DNA of 64,000 bases from Calcarisporiella thermophila CBS 279.70 (lineage: Eukaryota > Fungi > Calcarisporiellomycota). This document shows positions 11,128 through 22,873 of this stretch, one piece after another (within the stretch, counting starts at the first letter, position 1; each line of letters begins with the position of its first letter). The DNA is taken from NCBI RefSeq assembly GCF_041956535.1, contig NW_027192203.1:617406-681405 (forward strand), written 5' to 3'. The notes below the pieces were generated by a model. It was not told where the DNA came from and did no database searches. It saw nothing but the letters and a program-made list of their open reading frames with translations. The position numbers and the translations under genes were made by a program.

Positions 11128-12843
11128 TTATAAGATCTTCTCTCGACAACCCCGGATAGCCTCCATCGTCTTCTCCCCCACCAGAATCTCGCTCACCCCA
11201 TGGCCGGCCGGATTCCTTTGCGACGGATGCATGGAGTCCTCGCCCTCTTCTCCGTCGTCGCTCTCGTCCTCCGCACCCCGGATCTCCGAGAGGTGTTGCA
11301 GCCGAGCTGCGCTGGCCTCTCCGGTCAAGAAGTCGCAGAGCCGCGCCTGCTCTCTCGCGGGCAGCAGCAGGATCAGATCCGCCAGCAGCGGGTCTAAATA
11401 CGCGGGCAACACCACTCGACTTTCGGGTTGGAAGTGAAACGTATTGGGGGGCAGGCCAGTCCGCGCATGGGTCTCCAGCCAGTGCCAGTGCTCCACCTGC
11501 AGGGTGTTGAGAAGGCGAAGAGTGTATTCCACCGAATCCTCCGGCAACAGCACGCCTTGCTGCGTCATCTTCAAGATGGCATCCAGGGTGGCCAGAAAAT
11601 GGCTGCGGAGCGGAAAGCAGATCTGGTTGTGGCGCTCGATGCATACCGCACGGCTCTCCTCCACAAAATATTCGGTTTGGGCCATCCATTCTTCGAGCGC
11701 TCTGCAGCGTTCGTCGGGAGCGAGGTCCGGGTGGGAGCAGCGGTCAAAGTGAATTTGGGCCGCGAGGGGCTTGGGAAAATGGGAGGGCGCCGGCGAAAGT
11801 GGACGGTTCAACGGTTTGGAGGGCACGGCGGGCGCGGCAGTGGGGGAATCCCCTTTGCTGGGGAGCCCTTCCGGGCCACTCGCAAAGCTCTGAGACCCAG
11901 CTCGCTCATCCCATCTGGGAGACAGCTCCTGGACGTCCTCCTTGCCCTGGCCTTCGGATGAATCGCTTGGGCTATTGATCTGTGATTGCACGCAATCCTG
12001 CAACTCCTTCTTGCGAACGCTGCGCCTATGCTGCAGTTTCTGCATCTTCGCTCGCCGTTTTGAGTTTGATTTCCGCACCGACCCATCACGGGATGGCGAC
12101 GCTTGGCTTCTCGAGGACATCTCCCTGAAGCGCTTGTGCAGTCCTGGGTAGGCGGCAACCAAGCGCTCCCTCATCCTACTGTTCCCATCCTGCCTGCATT
12201 TGTCCATCAGCCAGCGCCAGATTTCTTCCACCCCCTCCGCAAAGCCAATCTCATAGCACACCGATAGCACGCCCACCCCGGTGCTCAAATCGTCCTGCAA
12301 CTCGGCATCCCAAGTTTTGGTGTAGATGAGCTTGAGAGCCGTATGGAAGTAGATCATGTCCTCCCTGGTCACCGTTTCCGGCACACGGACGACAATATGT
12401 TTTGGCCTGATCGGGTGCGGCCGCGAAGTCCCAATCTCAAGCAACTGGCGTCGGAAGAACTCGGATTGGCACAGGATAAGCGAGTGCAGGCGGAGCTGCG
12501 CAGGCAGTCCGCTAAGCTCTGCCATCCGCCCGCCATCGTCGAACGTCAGCCGCACATCACTGTAGGGGAGCCCGGCCTCCCAGAGCAATTCGCCTACGTT
12601 CGGGTAGACCAGGGCATCTCCGCTGGCCGCAAGGGGATAGTCGGTGTAGGGTGCGCAGGGCTCCTCTTGGTCCTGGTCACACACGGCAGAGAGGCCGTCC
12701 ACGACAAGGGAACTGCGGGGAAGCGGGGAGGAGCAGCTGGGGCAGATGATCCTCCCATCATCGGAGGGGCATGACGAGTCTGTCGATTCGAACGAGGTTC
12801 GTCCAGCGACATCCGGGAGATGCTTCTGCTGCATTGCGTCCAT
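11128..12843 (-). CDS. BTB/POZ-domain protein of unknown function
   Basis: Intronless 571 aa; YSDVRLTF...LRLHSLILCQSEFFRRQL...LKLIYT matches the BTB core pattern. Confidence 0.7.
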   Translation of the reverse strand: MDAMQQKHLPDVAGRTSFESTDSSCPSDDGRIICPSCSSPLPRSSLVVDGLSAVCDQDQEEPCAPYTDYPLAASGDALVYPNVGELLWEAGLPYSDVRLTFDDGGRMAELSGLPAQLRLHSLILCQSEFFRRQLLEIGTSRPHPIRPKHIVVRVPETVTREDMIYFHTALKLIYTKTWDAELQDDLSTGVGVLSVCYEIGFAEGVEEIWRWLMDKCRQDGNSRMRERLVAAYPGLHKRFREMSSRSQASPSRDGSVRKSNSKRRAKMQKLQHRRSVRKKELQDCVQSQINSPSDSSEGQGKEDVQELSPRWDERAGSQSFASGPEGLPSKGDSPTAAPAVPSKPLNRPLSPAPSHFPKPLAAQIHFDRCSHPDLAPDERCRALEEWMAQTEYFVEESRAVCIERHNQICFPLRSHFLATLDAILKMTQQGVLLPEDSVEYTLRLLNTLQVEHWHWLETHARTGLPPNTFHFQPESRVVLPAYLDPLLADLILLLPAREQARLCDFLTGEASAARLQHLSEIRGAEDESDDGEEGEDSMHPSQRNPAGHGVSEILVGEKTMEAIRGCREKIL

Positions 12844-13606
12844 TTATATGGAAACCATTCCAAGGAGGTCGTGGCACAAAATGGAGAGGAGAACGGTTCA
12901 ACAATGAGGAGAGCTGAGAGTGAAAATCAAAGAGCAACACGCGGGAGAGGAGAGGGTACAGGGGGGGATTCGATTGCAGAGTAGCCGGATGTAGGATGAG
13001 AATGCGGTTGAGATTGGGAGGCAAGGCGGGAGGAGAGCGGGAAGAAAAAGGCTACAGAACAGCAAACAACAAGAGCTGAAGGCTCAGGATAACCTTAGCT
13101 TTGTCAATCCCCACCGGCGTGGCTTGATCAAACTCAGCTACATCATGCAATGTAGGAACCGCTAGATCCCAAATCAAGCCCCTCCAAGGGACCAACCAGC
13201 AGGGGGCGGCCGCCGCGCTTTTCTCTTGAGAAGCAAATGTCACGCCCTTCTGGGGACGAGGGATCCGCTCTGCCGTCAAAGGTCTTACAACCCGCAATTC
13301 CGGTTACAGAGCGAATCCTTTCCACGTTATTAAATAGGTTTCGCTCTACCCGACCCGACAGGTCCCAAGGACGGCGCGATGGGATCACTTGACCCACCGA
13401 TCGCCATTGGTAGGCGGTCGCGGCGGGGAGGCGGGACAAGCGCAAGGCGGCCCTGCGAGAGGCACGCCCGGTCTGCAACCCGCGCTACGGCAGGGGGGGA
13501 GCTTACTTGGTTCTGAGTTCTTGGGGGTTCCGATCTTGGTAGTTAGCACTACGAGGATTCAGATCCCGCGGTGACTGCGAAATTTTTAATAAATGACTGA
13601 GGAATA

Positions 13607-13660
13607 TTTTTCGCGTTCGTGTTCGTGTTCCTAGGTTGCAGAACGCGAAGACGCGAAAAA
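13607..13660. promoter_or_regulatory. Cluster of MCB/SCB/E2F-like G1/S elements
   Basis: TTTTTCGCGT (13607-13616), TTCGTG x2, ACGCGAA (13643-13649) and ACGCGAAAAA (13651-13660), 240-290 bp upstream of the Whi5-like ATG. Confidence 0.6.
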
Positions 13661-13898
13661 GAGCAGAGTGCGATAATAAGGGAAGAGGGGAAAATTTGGG
13701 TAGTGCTTTTCGCCTCTTTACTTTTGACTTCGAGTTTTTAATTCTCGCTTTTCCTCGTGCTTGCTATGCTACTCTAGTCCATAGCCTTATCTCTTCCTTG
13801 CACCACACCACCACCCCCTAGCAATACTACTATCATAGAGCCCTTCTGTTGTTGAACCTAGAAGACCACAGCAAGCCACTCCCTCCAATACTGCCACT

Positions 13899-15030
13899 AT
13901 GCTCTCCATACAACACCTCCTCAATGCGGCCCACATTCTGGAGTCCAGAGAATGCACCGAAGGGCCAATAGAGCGCCCGAATGATGGGAAGCATATGCGC
14001 ATAAATGAGGAAACAAAAGAGGCCATTAAGGTATCTAGCAGGGATGAATTTGTTCCACGCACCCACTCGTCCACTAATTCATTGAATCTCGTAGCAACTC
14101 CAATTGCTCAAGTCTCAATTCCGCGGCGAGAATGAGGAGGAAGAGCCTGGCCCACAACAGTCTAACCGAGTAGAACATATGGAGGAGGCAATAGAAATTC
14201 AACCCATGGACTATGTGGGGACGCAAAGGAGTGAGGTAACGAAGGTAGGCGCTCAATTCGATTTCAACCAGATGTTTGTGCCCACTCCCTCCTCTTGTTC
14301 TAAAGTCAAGCCTACTCCCATAGCATCTGGAAGCGCTCAAGACGCGTCTCACCTTTGCGCGGTTCAAAGTGGAGAGGGGCTGGGCTGAGAAGCCCTTGAA
14401 CGAAGTCGACCACTTGACCCATCATTGGGGAGGGGCCAATCGACGTCGAAAGCCTTCCTCTGCCCACCGGGCCCAGCTTCTCCTGCTGAAGGCGGAGCAG
14501 CAGAAAAATCGGGCAACCAAATCCTCACTGTTGAGGCGAAAACTGGAACAGACCAGCGGCCAGCCGTTGAACACTACCCCTTGTGCCGTCGGCGTCAAAC
14601 GGAAGCGAGATGCAAAGGCAAATTTGATCCCACTCTATTACGGAACTCTTCTCTCAATTCACATGTGCTTTCCTGTGCTTTTCTTTCTATTTTTCTTTTC
14701 CATTAGACTGACCCCATCCATAAGCTCTCTAATTCCCGCGCACACCTCTCACCTCTCCCAACTCGCATGCCGGCATTCTCACCCACAAGTCCATCGCCCG
14801 GACTCTCTGAATACCGGGGCCATCGCGAGCCTGGTAACCCCTTCCTCCTAAAATGCCCACAAGGCGAGCAACCGCTCAGAAAACGACGGAATTGGACGGA
14901 AAAATGCGGTAGCACCCCTTCTCCACTACGAACATCCAAGTTCTTGAATAGAATGGACAGAATAGGGGGGTGGTGGGGAGGGGAGAGCTCGACGGAGAGA
15001 AAAATCCCGATGGAAACAATGATATGTTGA
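13899..15030 (+). CDS. Whi5/Nrm1-like G1/S transcriptional repressor (GTB motif), about 4 exons; 3' end uncertain
   Basis: Introns 14031-14094, about 14265-14323, and 14618-14706 (GC donor). Exon 3 reads HLEALKTRLTFARFKVERGWAEKPLNEVD, matching the Whi5/Nrm1 motif LxxRLxxAxxKVxxGWxxxxLxEVE. S/T-P sites in the C-terminus. Confidence 0.78.
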
Positions 15031-15944
15031 GACACTATCGGGGGAATGGAATGGTAAGGAGTGGTGCCCCATTGGTGAGGATACCTGGTGAGGGTTCTCT
15101 TTGGACCCATCTTCGTCTTTTATTGTACATAAGCGTTTGCTTTTCTCTTAGTTGTCCTGTCTAACTTTACATTTTCTAATCTGAGCGTGGCAATAAAAAA
15201 AACTCTTTTGCGAGACAGAGGGTCAGATCATATCGAATAAACGAGTATCAGCTATGGTTCAATACAAGCCATCATTTAGCCGCCCTTCCATAGACACCAC
15301 TCATCTAACTTTAGGGCACAGCTCGGGCCTAACTTGAATAGATTGCAAGTGGATGGCGCGAAATCTAGCGAGAATGGCCTCTTTCCCGATTGCATATGAA
15401 AGACTGGCTTACGGCCTGGGTGAACAGGTTGCTTTCTGAGCCAAAGACACCGAAGGTCCTTATTTGGATGCAAAGGTTGCCTTTAAAGAATTCGACTCTG
15501 CGGAAAAACCAATATTGCGAAAGCGCCCCTTCTTTCAATTTGCATCACTATTTCATTGACTCGGCTAGAAAAATGGGCATCCTCGACAAGCTTACTGATA
15601 CTTTCATCGTTTGATAATGACCCGAATTGAAAGGGAATTGATCCCATGAAGGCCGGATCCTCCAATAGATAAAGGGCTCCTTAATTTGCAAAATTGCCTT
15701 GAACATTAGCCAATCTTCTAATACTAACAAGACAATTTCCAAAAAAAAAATAATGGCCATTATGGGCTATCAATGAGAAATTTTCGTCGAGGGGAGTGAT
15801 CTTCGATTTCACGAGCTCTCGTGCCAAGATGGCATCGGGATTTTGTGACTTGCGTCCGGTTATTCCCCGTCGTGACTCCGTCAGCACTTGCAACTTTCAT
15901 TCTCCAAACGGGATTGTGTGTTTGGTTATCAAAATTCGTCGTCC

Positions 15945-16350
15945 ATGGATCTTGTGGGGTATTCCTATGCCGGCATTGTCTTTGTCGGTGGTGTCATCGG
16001 CTATTTGAAGGCGGGCTCGGCCGCATCACTTGCCAGCGGCGTCATCTTTGGATCGCTTATTGGCTACTCTGCACGATTGACCTCGCAAAACCCGCGCCAG
16101 GCTCACATGGCCTTCGCGCTAAGTGTGCTGCTGCTGGTGATTATGGGTCTCCGCTTCTCGAAATCCGGAAAATTCATGCCGGCGGGATTGGTGGCCATTC
16201 TAAGGTTAGCATTTCACATCATATTTTCATTTCACAGCCATCATCGAGAATACACGCTAATCTCTACGCGCTGACTAATCCTATCTTGTTTGTTTTCCGT
16301 CCCTTAGCTTGGTTATGAGCATTCGATATGGGATGCGGCTGGCTGCTTGA
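15945..16350 (+). CDS. TMEM14-family small membrane protein, 2 exons
   Basis: YAGIVFVGGVIGYLKAGSAASLASG...MGLRFSKSGKFMPAGLV; intron about 16205-16307; TGA ends at 16350. Confidence 0.9.
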
Positions 16351-16701
16351 ACTATTTCTCACTGTATTGGGTTGATTCATTATGAAACCAAAGGAAATAA
16401 TATATATATAAAAATAAAACAATGAACAATACTCTTTTTTTTTGGGGGGGGGGGAGAGGGTGGATATTGGTGTGTATATAGATGTATATACTCGGAAAGC
16501 ATATCATATAGGGACAATTAAATAGTACGGGTCATGAGGAGAAAGTCTGGGAAGGGAATGCAGAATTAAAAAAAAAGGGCAAGATATAGATGGAGAACAT
16601 GTACAAGAAAATATATAGTAAACGATATACATTAATGGGGGGGGGGTGAGTAGCTGATGCTGCTGGGGACTGGTGTTCTTATCCAGCCCGATGCGATTAG
16701 G

Positions 16702-17964
16702 TTATGCGATGACGCAGTCCGCCGACGAGACCTCCCGTCTCCTCTTGCCTCCCTTGCCACGGAGGGCCTCGCCCTTCTCCAGATTCTTCAGCTGCTGGAT
16801 CGCCAAGCGATCGCCATGCTTGGCCGCCTTCTGGTACCATTCCAGCGCGGCCGTCTCATCCTTCTCCACGCCAATGCCCAGGCTCAGGAAATACCCCACG
16901 CTGTATTCGGCCCTCGGCAGGCCCTTCTCGGCGGCTCGCAGTGCCCACGCGTAGGCGTCGACATCCGACTGCGGCAGGCACTCGCAGCCCACGAGGTACC
17001 AACTCGTGAGGGCTAGGCACGCGTCGCGATGGCCCTGCTCGGCGGCGCAGCCGTAGTAGTACACGGACCGCGCGGGGTCCACCGGCACGCCCAGCTCGCC
17101 GCGCTCGTAGCATCCTCCCAGGCGATACGCACTGGGGGCATGACCCAGCTCGTCTGCAGCCCGCAAGTACAGGGAGAGCGCATACTCCTCGTCCTGGAAC
17201 ACAATATCGCCATATCCGGCCTCGTGCATCTTGGCCCACTCGTATAATGCATGCGGGAAGTCCGGGGTGGCGCAGTCGACCGCTCTGCACATCCACTTCA
17301 CCCCATTTCTCACGTCCTCGGCGCGCCCCAGCTCGCTGCGCAGCTCGGCCAGGGCGAGGCGGAACATGGCGCCCGGGTGCGCGGCATTGGCCGCCTTGAG
17401 GTAGAACGTGTAGGCCTTGGCCGGCTCCCGTCGGGTGCCGCGCCCATACTCGTAGCAGCGCGCCGCCTCGTAGGTGGCGGAGGGGTGGCCCTGCTTGGCG
17501 GCCTGCACATACAGCGAGAACGCCTCCTTGGGCATGGGGCGCGAGACGCCGGCTCCGGTCGCGTAGCACTCGGCGAGGAGGAACTTTGCGTCGGCATTTC
17601 GCGCCGCCAGCGACTTCAGCAGCTTGATGCACTCCCCGTACAGCGCCGCGCGCGTCTCCTGCTCCGAGTCTGGCTGCTGCTTCGCGATATCGAGCAGGTA
17701 GACGCAGAAGTCCATCTGCAGGTTGGGGTCGTTGGACCGCTGGGCATTCTGCCGGTAGAGTTCGAGCGACAGGGTGGTCTCCTTGTTGGTGCTTGGCACG
17801 TGGGGGAAATGGTGGAGGGAGGCGGGCGGAGAGGGGGAGCAGGGGGAGGAGGCGGCGGAGGCGGAGGAGATACTGGTTGCGGATGAAGCAATGTCGGTGG
17901 GCGAGAGGGAAGGGGAGATTTCCTCATGGGATGAGGAGGAATTAGAAGAGGTTGTGGCCACCAT
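16702..17964 (-). CDS. Sel1-repeat chitin synthase activator (Chs4/Skt5-like) with C-terminal CaaX box; start uncertain
   Basis: LELYRQNAQRSNDPNLQMDFC followed by multiple SEL1 repeats (AAKQGH, AAEQGH, ALTSWYLVG, AAEKGLPRAEYSVGYF); ends in CVIA. Confidence 0.87.
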   Translation of the reverse strand: MVATTSSNSSSSHEEISPSLSPTDIASSATSISSASAASSPCSPSPPASLHHFPHVPSTNKETTLSLELYRQNAQRSNDPNLQMDFCVYLLDIAKQQPDSEQETRAALYGECIKLLKSLAARNADAKFLLAECYATGAGVSRPMPKEAFSLYVQAAKQGHPSATYEAARCYEYGRGTRREPAKAYTFYLKAANAAHPGAMFRLALAELRSELGRAEDVRNGVKWMCRAVDCATPDFPHALYEWAKMHEAGYGDIVFQDEEYALSLYLRAADELGHAPSAYRLGGCYERGELGVPVDPARSVYYYGCAAEQGHRDACLALTSWYLVGCECLPQSDVDAYAWALRAAEKGLPRAEYSVGYFLSLGIGVEKDETAALEWYQKAAKHGDRLAIQQLKNLEKGEALRGKGGKRRREVSSADCVIA

Positions 17965-19587
17965 GGGGTTGACTAATGCAAGGGGTCCCGTTGTGCTTTG
18001 TCGCGGCTTCTTTGGTTGACACTCTAAAGCTGGTTGCGGTGCGTTTTCTAGGACGACTTCCGCCAGCACGGCGCTTCTTTCTCTAATAAAGGGTCGGGAG
18101 GAGGGGGGGGGGGGCGTCTTCTTATGGAGAAGAGGGTTTCTTGGAACTGGAATTCTAAATGCCCAGAAGAACAAAAGACAAGGCCGATACTATATAGGAA
18201 AAGGAAGAAGACCCGACATGACAGGGTTTTTGCTTATTTTAGGGCTCGTTTATAAATAGCGAAAATTTTTTTTTCGTCTCGTCGGCTCGCATGCGAAATC
18301 GCGGCTCTCATTCGTGGATAAGCTCTGAAGCCACACACCATGGGTGTGTATTGTTCCGAGCTGATTGCAGCTCAGCCTGTTGAAAATGCGCGGTGTTACG
18401 ACAGCTCCAGGCTGTCAATGACGGCACGAGTGGAACCTCAGCGCGCAATGCGTCACTCGCGAGACCGCTTTTCCCCTCCAGTTGCGGAGCCGGAGGAGAG
18501 CTTAGCATTTAAGGCCGAGATAAAGAGAGATGTGCGGCGATAAGGCAGAGGGGCTCTTAGCAAATGTCTAATTAGTCAAAGGCGAGGGGCAGTTCATCCG
18601 CCGGGCTGAGAGTGCCACGGCCCAATCTCGGCAGCATGTGCCTCCAGCGTCTTACATAAAGCGGCACGCCCTCCCCCCTCGCCCGCCATCGCCGCAAAGA
18701 ATCGCGAATCCACGCACCATGGCGGTACAGGCTGTGCCACGTATCCCCTTGTTGACCGGAAACCCAAACCTTGTTGCTCTTGTTTGCGTGAGCACGCATC
18801 TGCTTTTTGCGCCCTCTTTGGCCGTAGCCTTCCCCCCTGCTCTTGGCCCCGCCGCTTCCGGGGAGGAAGCAATTAGTCACGGGTGGATAAATAAGCAGGT
18901 TAAGCCCTCGGGATACACCCACTTGGCAAACCGCTCGGTGGCTTTGGCAATCTCGGCAGAAAGATTTGTATTACAAACAGTGCTATTCCCTTTCTCCCCC
19001 CCCCATCTATCCTCAACCGGATCTGGCTCACAGCCCGAACCCATTTACGGCCGCGACCCTGAAGGTTCAATCTTGGAAGCTCTCGCCGCCCGCCTCGCCC
19101 CAAAAGTGGCAACGCAAACATGCTTGTGTCTGGCTTGAATGAGGGTCCGACCAGGCTCGTCCCTCCATAAGCCGCTCTCCCTGCCCTCTCTCGCTTTCCA
19201 TGGCGGCCGCTAGGATGTAATCCCGAAGGCCGCTCCCACGAGCGTCGAATCCGATTTGGAATATCGAGGCGAAGCCGCGAATACAGGAAATAGGCAGAAA
19301 AAGAAGCTGGCCAAGGCCAAGGCTTTGAGGATATTATTGAGGTTTTGGGGAAGGGAGGGGGAGGCGGAAACAAAAAATAAAGCATTGACGCGCATCCTGA
19401 TGAAACTAAAGGCTAAATACAAGCATAAAATCTTGGCCACCAAATCCAAAAATAACAAGATATTATACACGAAAAAAAAAAACCAAAAGAAAACACACAT
19501 GCTGAACAGATGGAAAAAGAAACGGAGAATTGGCAACCGACCGACAAAACAAAAACAGCACCCAAGAGAAGAGGCGCTCGCCCCTCG

Positions 19588-21133
19588 TCATGAAAAGAAG
19601 TCCCAGGTCTCCTCCTCGTCGTCCTCTTCATAGCCCTCGTCAATCTTGCCCTTGTCATCCTCCATCGATCCGTCTTCCCCGTCGGCCTCGTCGTCATCCT
19701 CCTCTAGCAACGTCAAGAGGCGATCCGTCGCCATCGGAGTCTGGACAGTCACATGCGGTGTAACCGCAAATCCAAAGGCTAAGTCCTGAGCCGTTATGGT
19801 CATTTTGCTGGTGGTGCTAGGGGGTGTGACGGGAGATGTATCAGCCGACGGGGATGGCTGTGAGGGTTGTGGATGGGGCTGAGAGGGCGTCGGGGTGGTG
19901 GCGGGCCCTGTCGGTGCTGCGGAGGAGGGGGAGGGCGAGGAGAAGGAGGAGGAGGACGACGACGACGACGACGATGAAGCGGAGAGGGGAATGGCGGTGG
20001 CCGTTGCGGGATTGACAGCGGTGGATGGGGCGGGTTGTTTCGCGGGAAGCTGGATGCCAATGCCGCGGTTGGCTCGAATCTTGGAGATGCAGTTGCTCAC
20101 TAGCGTCTTCAAATGGCTCTGGGGGAAGCCCAAAAGAAAAATGAAAAGCAGAGGAGTTAGGGAAACTTAAAGAGCACGCATGCTTTTCACCGGGGACATA
20201 TCGACCGATTCTCGAATATTTACCTCTAGAGCATGTCGCATCAGGTGCACCGAGTCTTCGGTCACCCCGCCAAAGAGTCCGTGTTCCAGCGCGATCCCCG
20301 CCATCCGATCTCGGAAGCTCTCAAAGTCCGGCAGCGCTTTGGCGTCCGCACACAGCGGCGCAAACACCCCGCGCACGTACTCCTGTTGATAATCTATAGG
20401 GATCACAGCCAGGGGTAACATAGAGATGGAGTTGAGTGCATGCACGACACAATGGACGGGATAAAACTGGGGAAGAGGACATACTTGACGGTAATTTTTC
20501 CCTCGTGCCCGTATACATCGGCGTCTTCGCCACGGCCGAAAATCGGGTGGGGGCGGGTTTGACCACCCCCTTCACCAACATCGGTGGCCTTCCTCGCTTG
20601 CCCGGCTCGCGCTTCAATGCCTTGAGGCGCTCCCGTTCCGCCTTGCCTAAACTGATGATGGCCTCCTTGAGACGCCGCCGCTTGGGATCTCCATCCGCTT
20701 CGCTGGTGCCGGCACGCTTACGCTTTGACCAACCGACGGACCGCTGCGTCGGTGGAGGAATATCTAGCTGAGCATTGTGGAGATTGGCGAGGATGAACTT
20801 GTTGTGGAGATGGGCTAGATTATCAAGCATAAAAAAACACAACAACGCATGAATGAATGCTCACACGCGAACATGCCCCACCATCACGCAGAAATCGAAC
20901 TCACCATTTTCATGATTCAAGTAGAGATTGGCATAAAAATCAAATTCCTGTCTATTAAGCCTTCCCCGCACAAAATCGGTGAGCGCCTGCCAGTAGTACT
21001 GGCCATTATCGCCCAAGGCTTCGGCAAGTTGATGCTTCAAAGAGAGAACATCCTGTCGAGCAGATGCTTGCGTGGATGAGGGTGCGACAGAGGGACTGTT
21101 GGGAGCACGGGATGTCTCTTGATTGGGAGGCAT
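19588..21133 (-). CDS. ADA1: SAGA subunit Ada1/Hfi1 (TADA1), 4 exons
   Basis: LKHQLAEALG...YWQALTDFVRGRLNRQEFD, HLHNKFILANLHNA, LPDFESFRDRMAGIALEHGL...ALE/SHLKTLVS histone-fold region, acidic tail. Confidence 0.88.
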
Positions 21134-21542
21134 CAGGTAATTTGGTTTTGAAATGGCTGCGCTGGTAATGATGGCGATGATGATCTTTAAACAGGGGCGA
21201 ATTAAGATGGGGGCATATAATCGCGATGCGTGCTAAAAAAGAAACTCACTCCAAATTCAGAGGTTAATGGAGGATAATATTTTTTCTTAAAGAATTCCAT
21301 CTCACTCCCCGTTTGCTCCCACGGCCAATTGCTTCGGCCGGGGTGGAGTGGCTTATGATTTGCTCCTGGCCGAGAATCTGACCAGAACGGCTTGGAGGAG
21401 GTGAGGAGGATATACGGATGTTTATTTAAACAAAAATCGTGGTGGCCAAATGCATCAAACGGGGATGATTCCTCGTATTTTTCCTCTAAAACCTCCCGCA
21501 TTCAAAAATTCCCTCGGTCTCCATCGAGTGTTCCACGCAAGC

Positions 21543-22459
21543 ATGTCTTCCGCGATCACCGCTATTGAATCCGCCAAACGAGCCGCCGCCCATCGTGCTG
21601 TCGACGAGCAACTCTCGCCCTCCTCCCACCGAGTTATCGGGGTCGGCAGCGGCTCGACCATCGTGTATATGGTCGAGCGCCTTAAGCAACGCGCAGCCGA
21701 ATTCAGTCAGCAAATTTTCATTCCCACCGGGTTCCAGTCGCGGCAGCTCATCATTGACGCGGGGCTGCGGCTGGGAGATATCGATCAGTACCCCGAAATT
21801 GATGTAGCCATTGATGGAGCAGACGAAGTTGACAGCGGCTTGAATTGCATCAAGGGAGGGGGCGCGGCCCAGCTGAATGAGATGATAATTGCCCGAGCTG
21901 CGAAAAAATTTGTGATAATTGCTGGTGGGTGATGCTTGACAGTGGGGATTGGTCTTGTTTCCTGCTATATCTCGCGATTTACTCAACCCCTCTTCTCTCT
22001 CTCCGGAATTAGATTCCCGAAAAAAATCAGATAGGCTTGGTGTCAAGGTAGGTAGCTCCTCCGGCTGTGCATCGTGGCCACCTGCCCTCTTCTGCATTCC
22101 TTTCTTATTCATGCATACCTCTTCATTTCTGTATGCTCTAGTGGGTCCAGGGAGTCCCCATTGAAATCATACCCAACGGTCATGTGCGCCTCCTCCACAC
22201 GATCAAGAACGGCCTGAAGACGGCGCAGCCCATCGCCGTAACGCTTCGCATGGGTCTTCCGGCTAAGGCGGGGCCCGCCGTCACCGATCATGGGAATTTT
22301 GTTGCGGATGTGCATTTCGGCCCCATCGAGGATCCCGCCGCCCTCTACCGCGAGCTGAAGTTGCTGACGGGGGTGGTGGAGGTGGGATTGTTCTGTGACA
22401 TGGCCAGCGCGGCCTACTTCGGAGAGGAAGATGGAAGTGTATCGATGCTGAAAAAGTAA
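21543..22459 (+). CDS. RKI1: Ribose-5-phosphate isomerase A, 3 exons
   Basis: IGVGSGST, DVAIDGADEVD, KGGG, KAGPAVTDHGNF, GVVEVGLF. Confidence 0.95.
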
Positions 22460-22873
22460 AGAGGGGGGGGGGGGACTTGTCCTTTCTTCCACTGTGAGCA
22501 CGCCAAAATAGATGGGAGTCGCCGTGTAAGACTTGTGGGTTGTGTTTTATTTGTTATCCGTTGTCAATGAAAGAACACAAAAATAAAATCATACGCGTAT
22601 ATAAATAGAGACGGTAACAGTAGCATCGATAGATAAACTATACATAATATCAGGGTGGACAGCAGGAGACGCAACAGAGGAGACAAAACAGATAATTTAG
22701 CAGTATCAGCAGTTATACACTACAAAGATTGGGGGAAAAAAAAGATAACTCTCAAGGGGGTTTATATACATTATTATTAGGCGGCGGCAGCGGCGCCGAG
22801 GGAAAGGCGTGGGGAGAGATGCGGATAAACCGCCAACATGGCAGGCTAGTTCACAGGAAGAGGGGGAGGGTGG

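Noticed and set aside
13050-13570. GC-rich stretch as a structured ncRNA (RNase MRP/P-like GGAGCTTACT)
   Set aside because: The matching 5' P4 strand (GAAAGTCCCC-like) was not found; better explained as divergent promoter DNA.
16856-17886. Long overlapping and antisense ORFs within GC-rich genes (also in MET1, BTB, SEY1, SMase)
   Set aside because: Expected shadows of GC3-biased codon usage; no family motifs.
18190-18219. Short in-frame uORF or readthrough extension of the Chs4-like gene
   Set aside because: It lies only about 30 bp from a TATA-like element, so it may be outside the transcript; no supporting evidence.
18572-19385. ORFs of 116-166 aa between the Chs4-like gene and ADA1 (similar ORFs at 25123-25725 and 39600-40350)
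   Set aside because: No motifs or splice structure; consistent with promoter regions.
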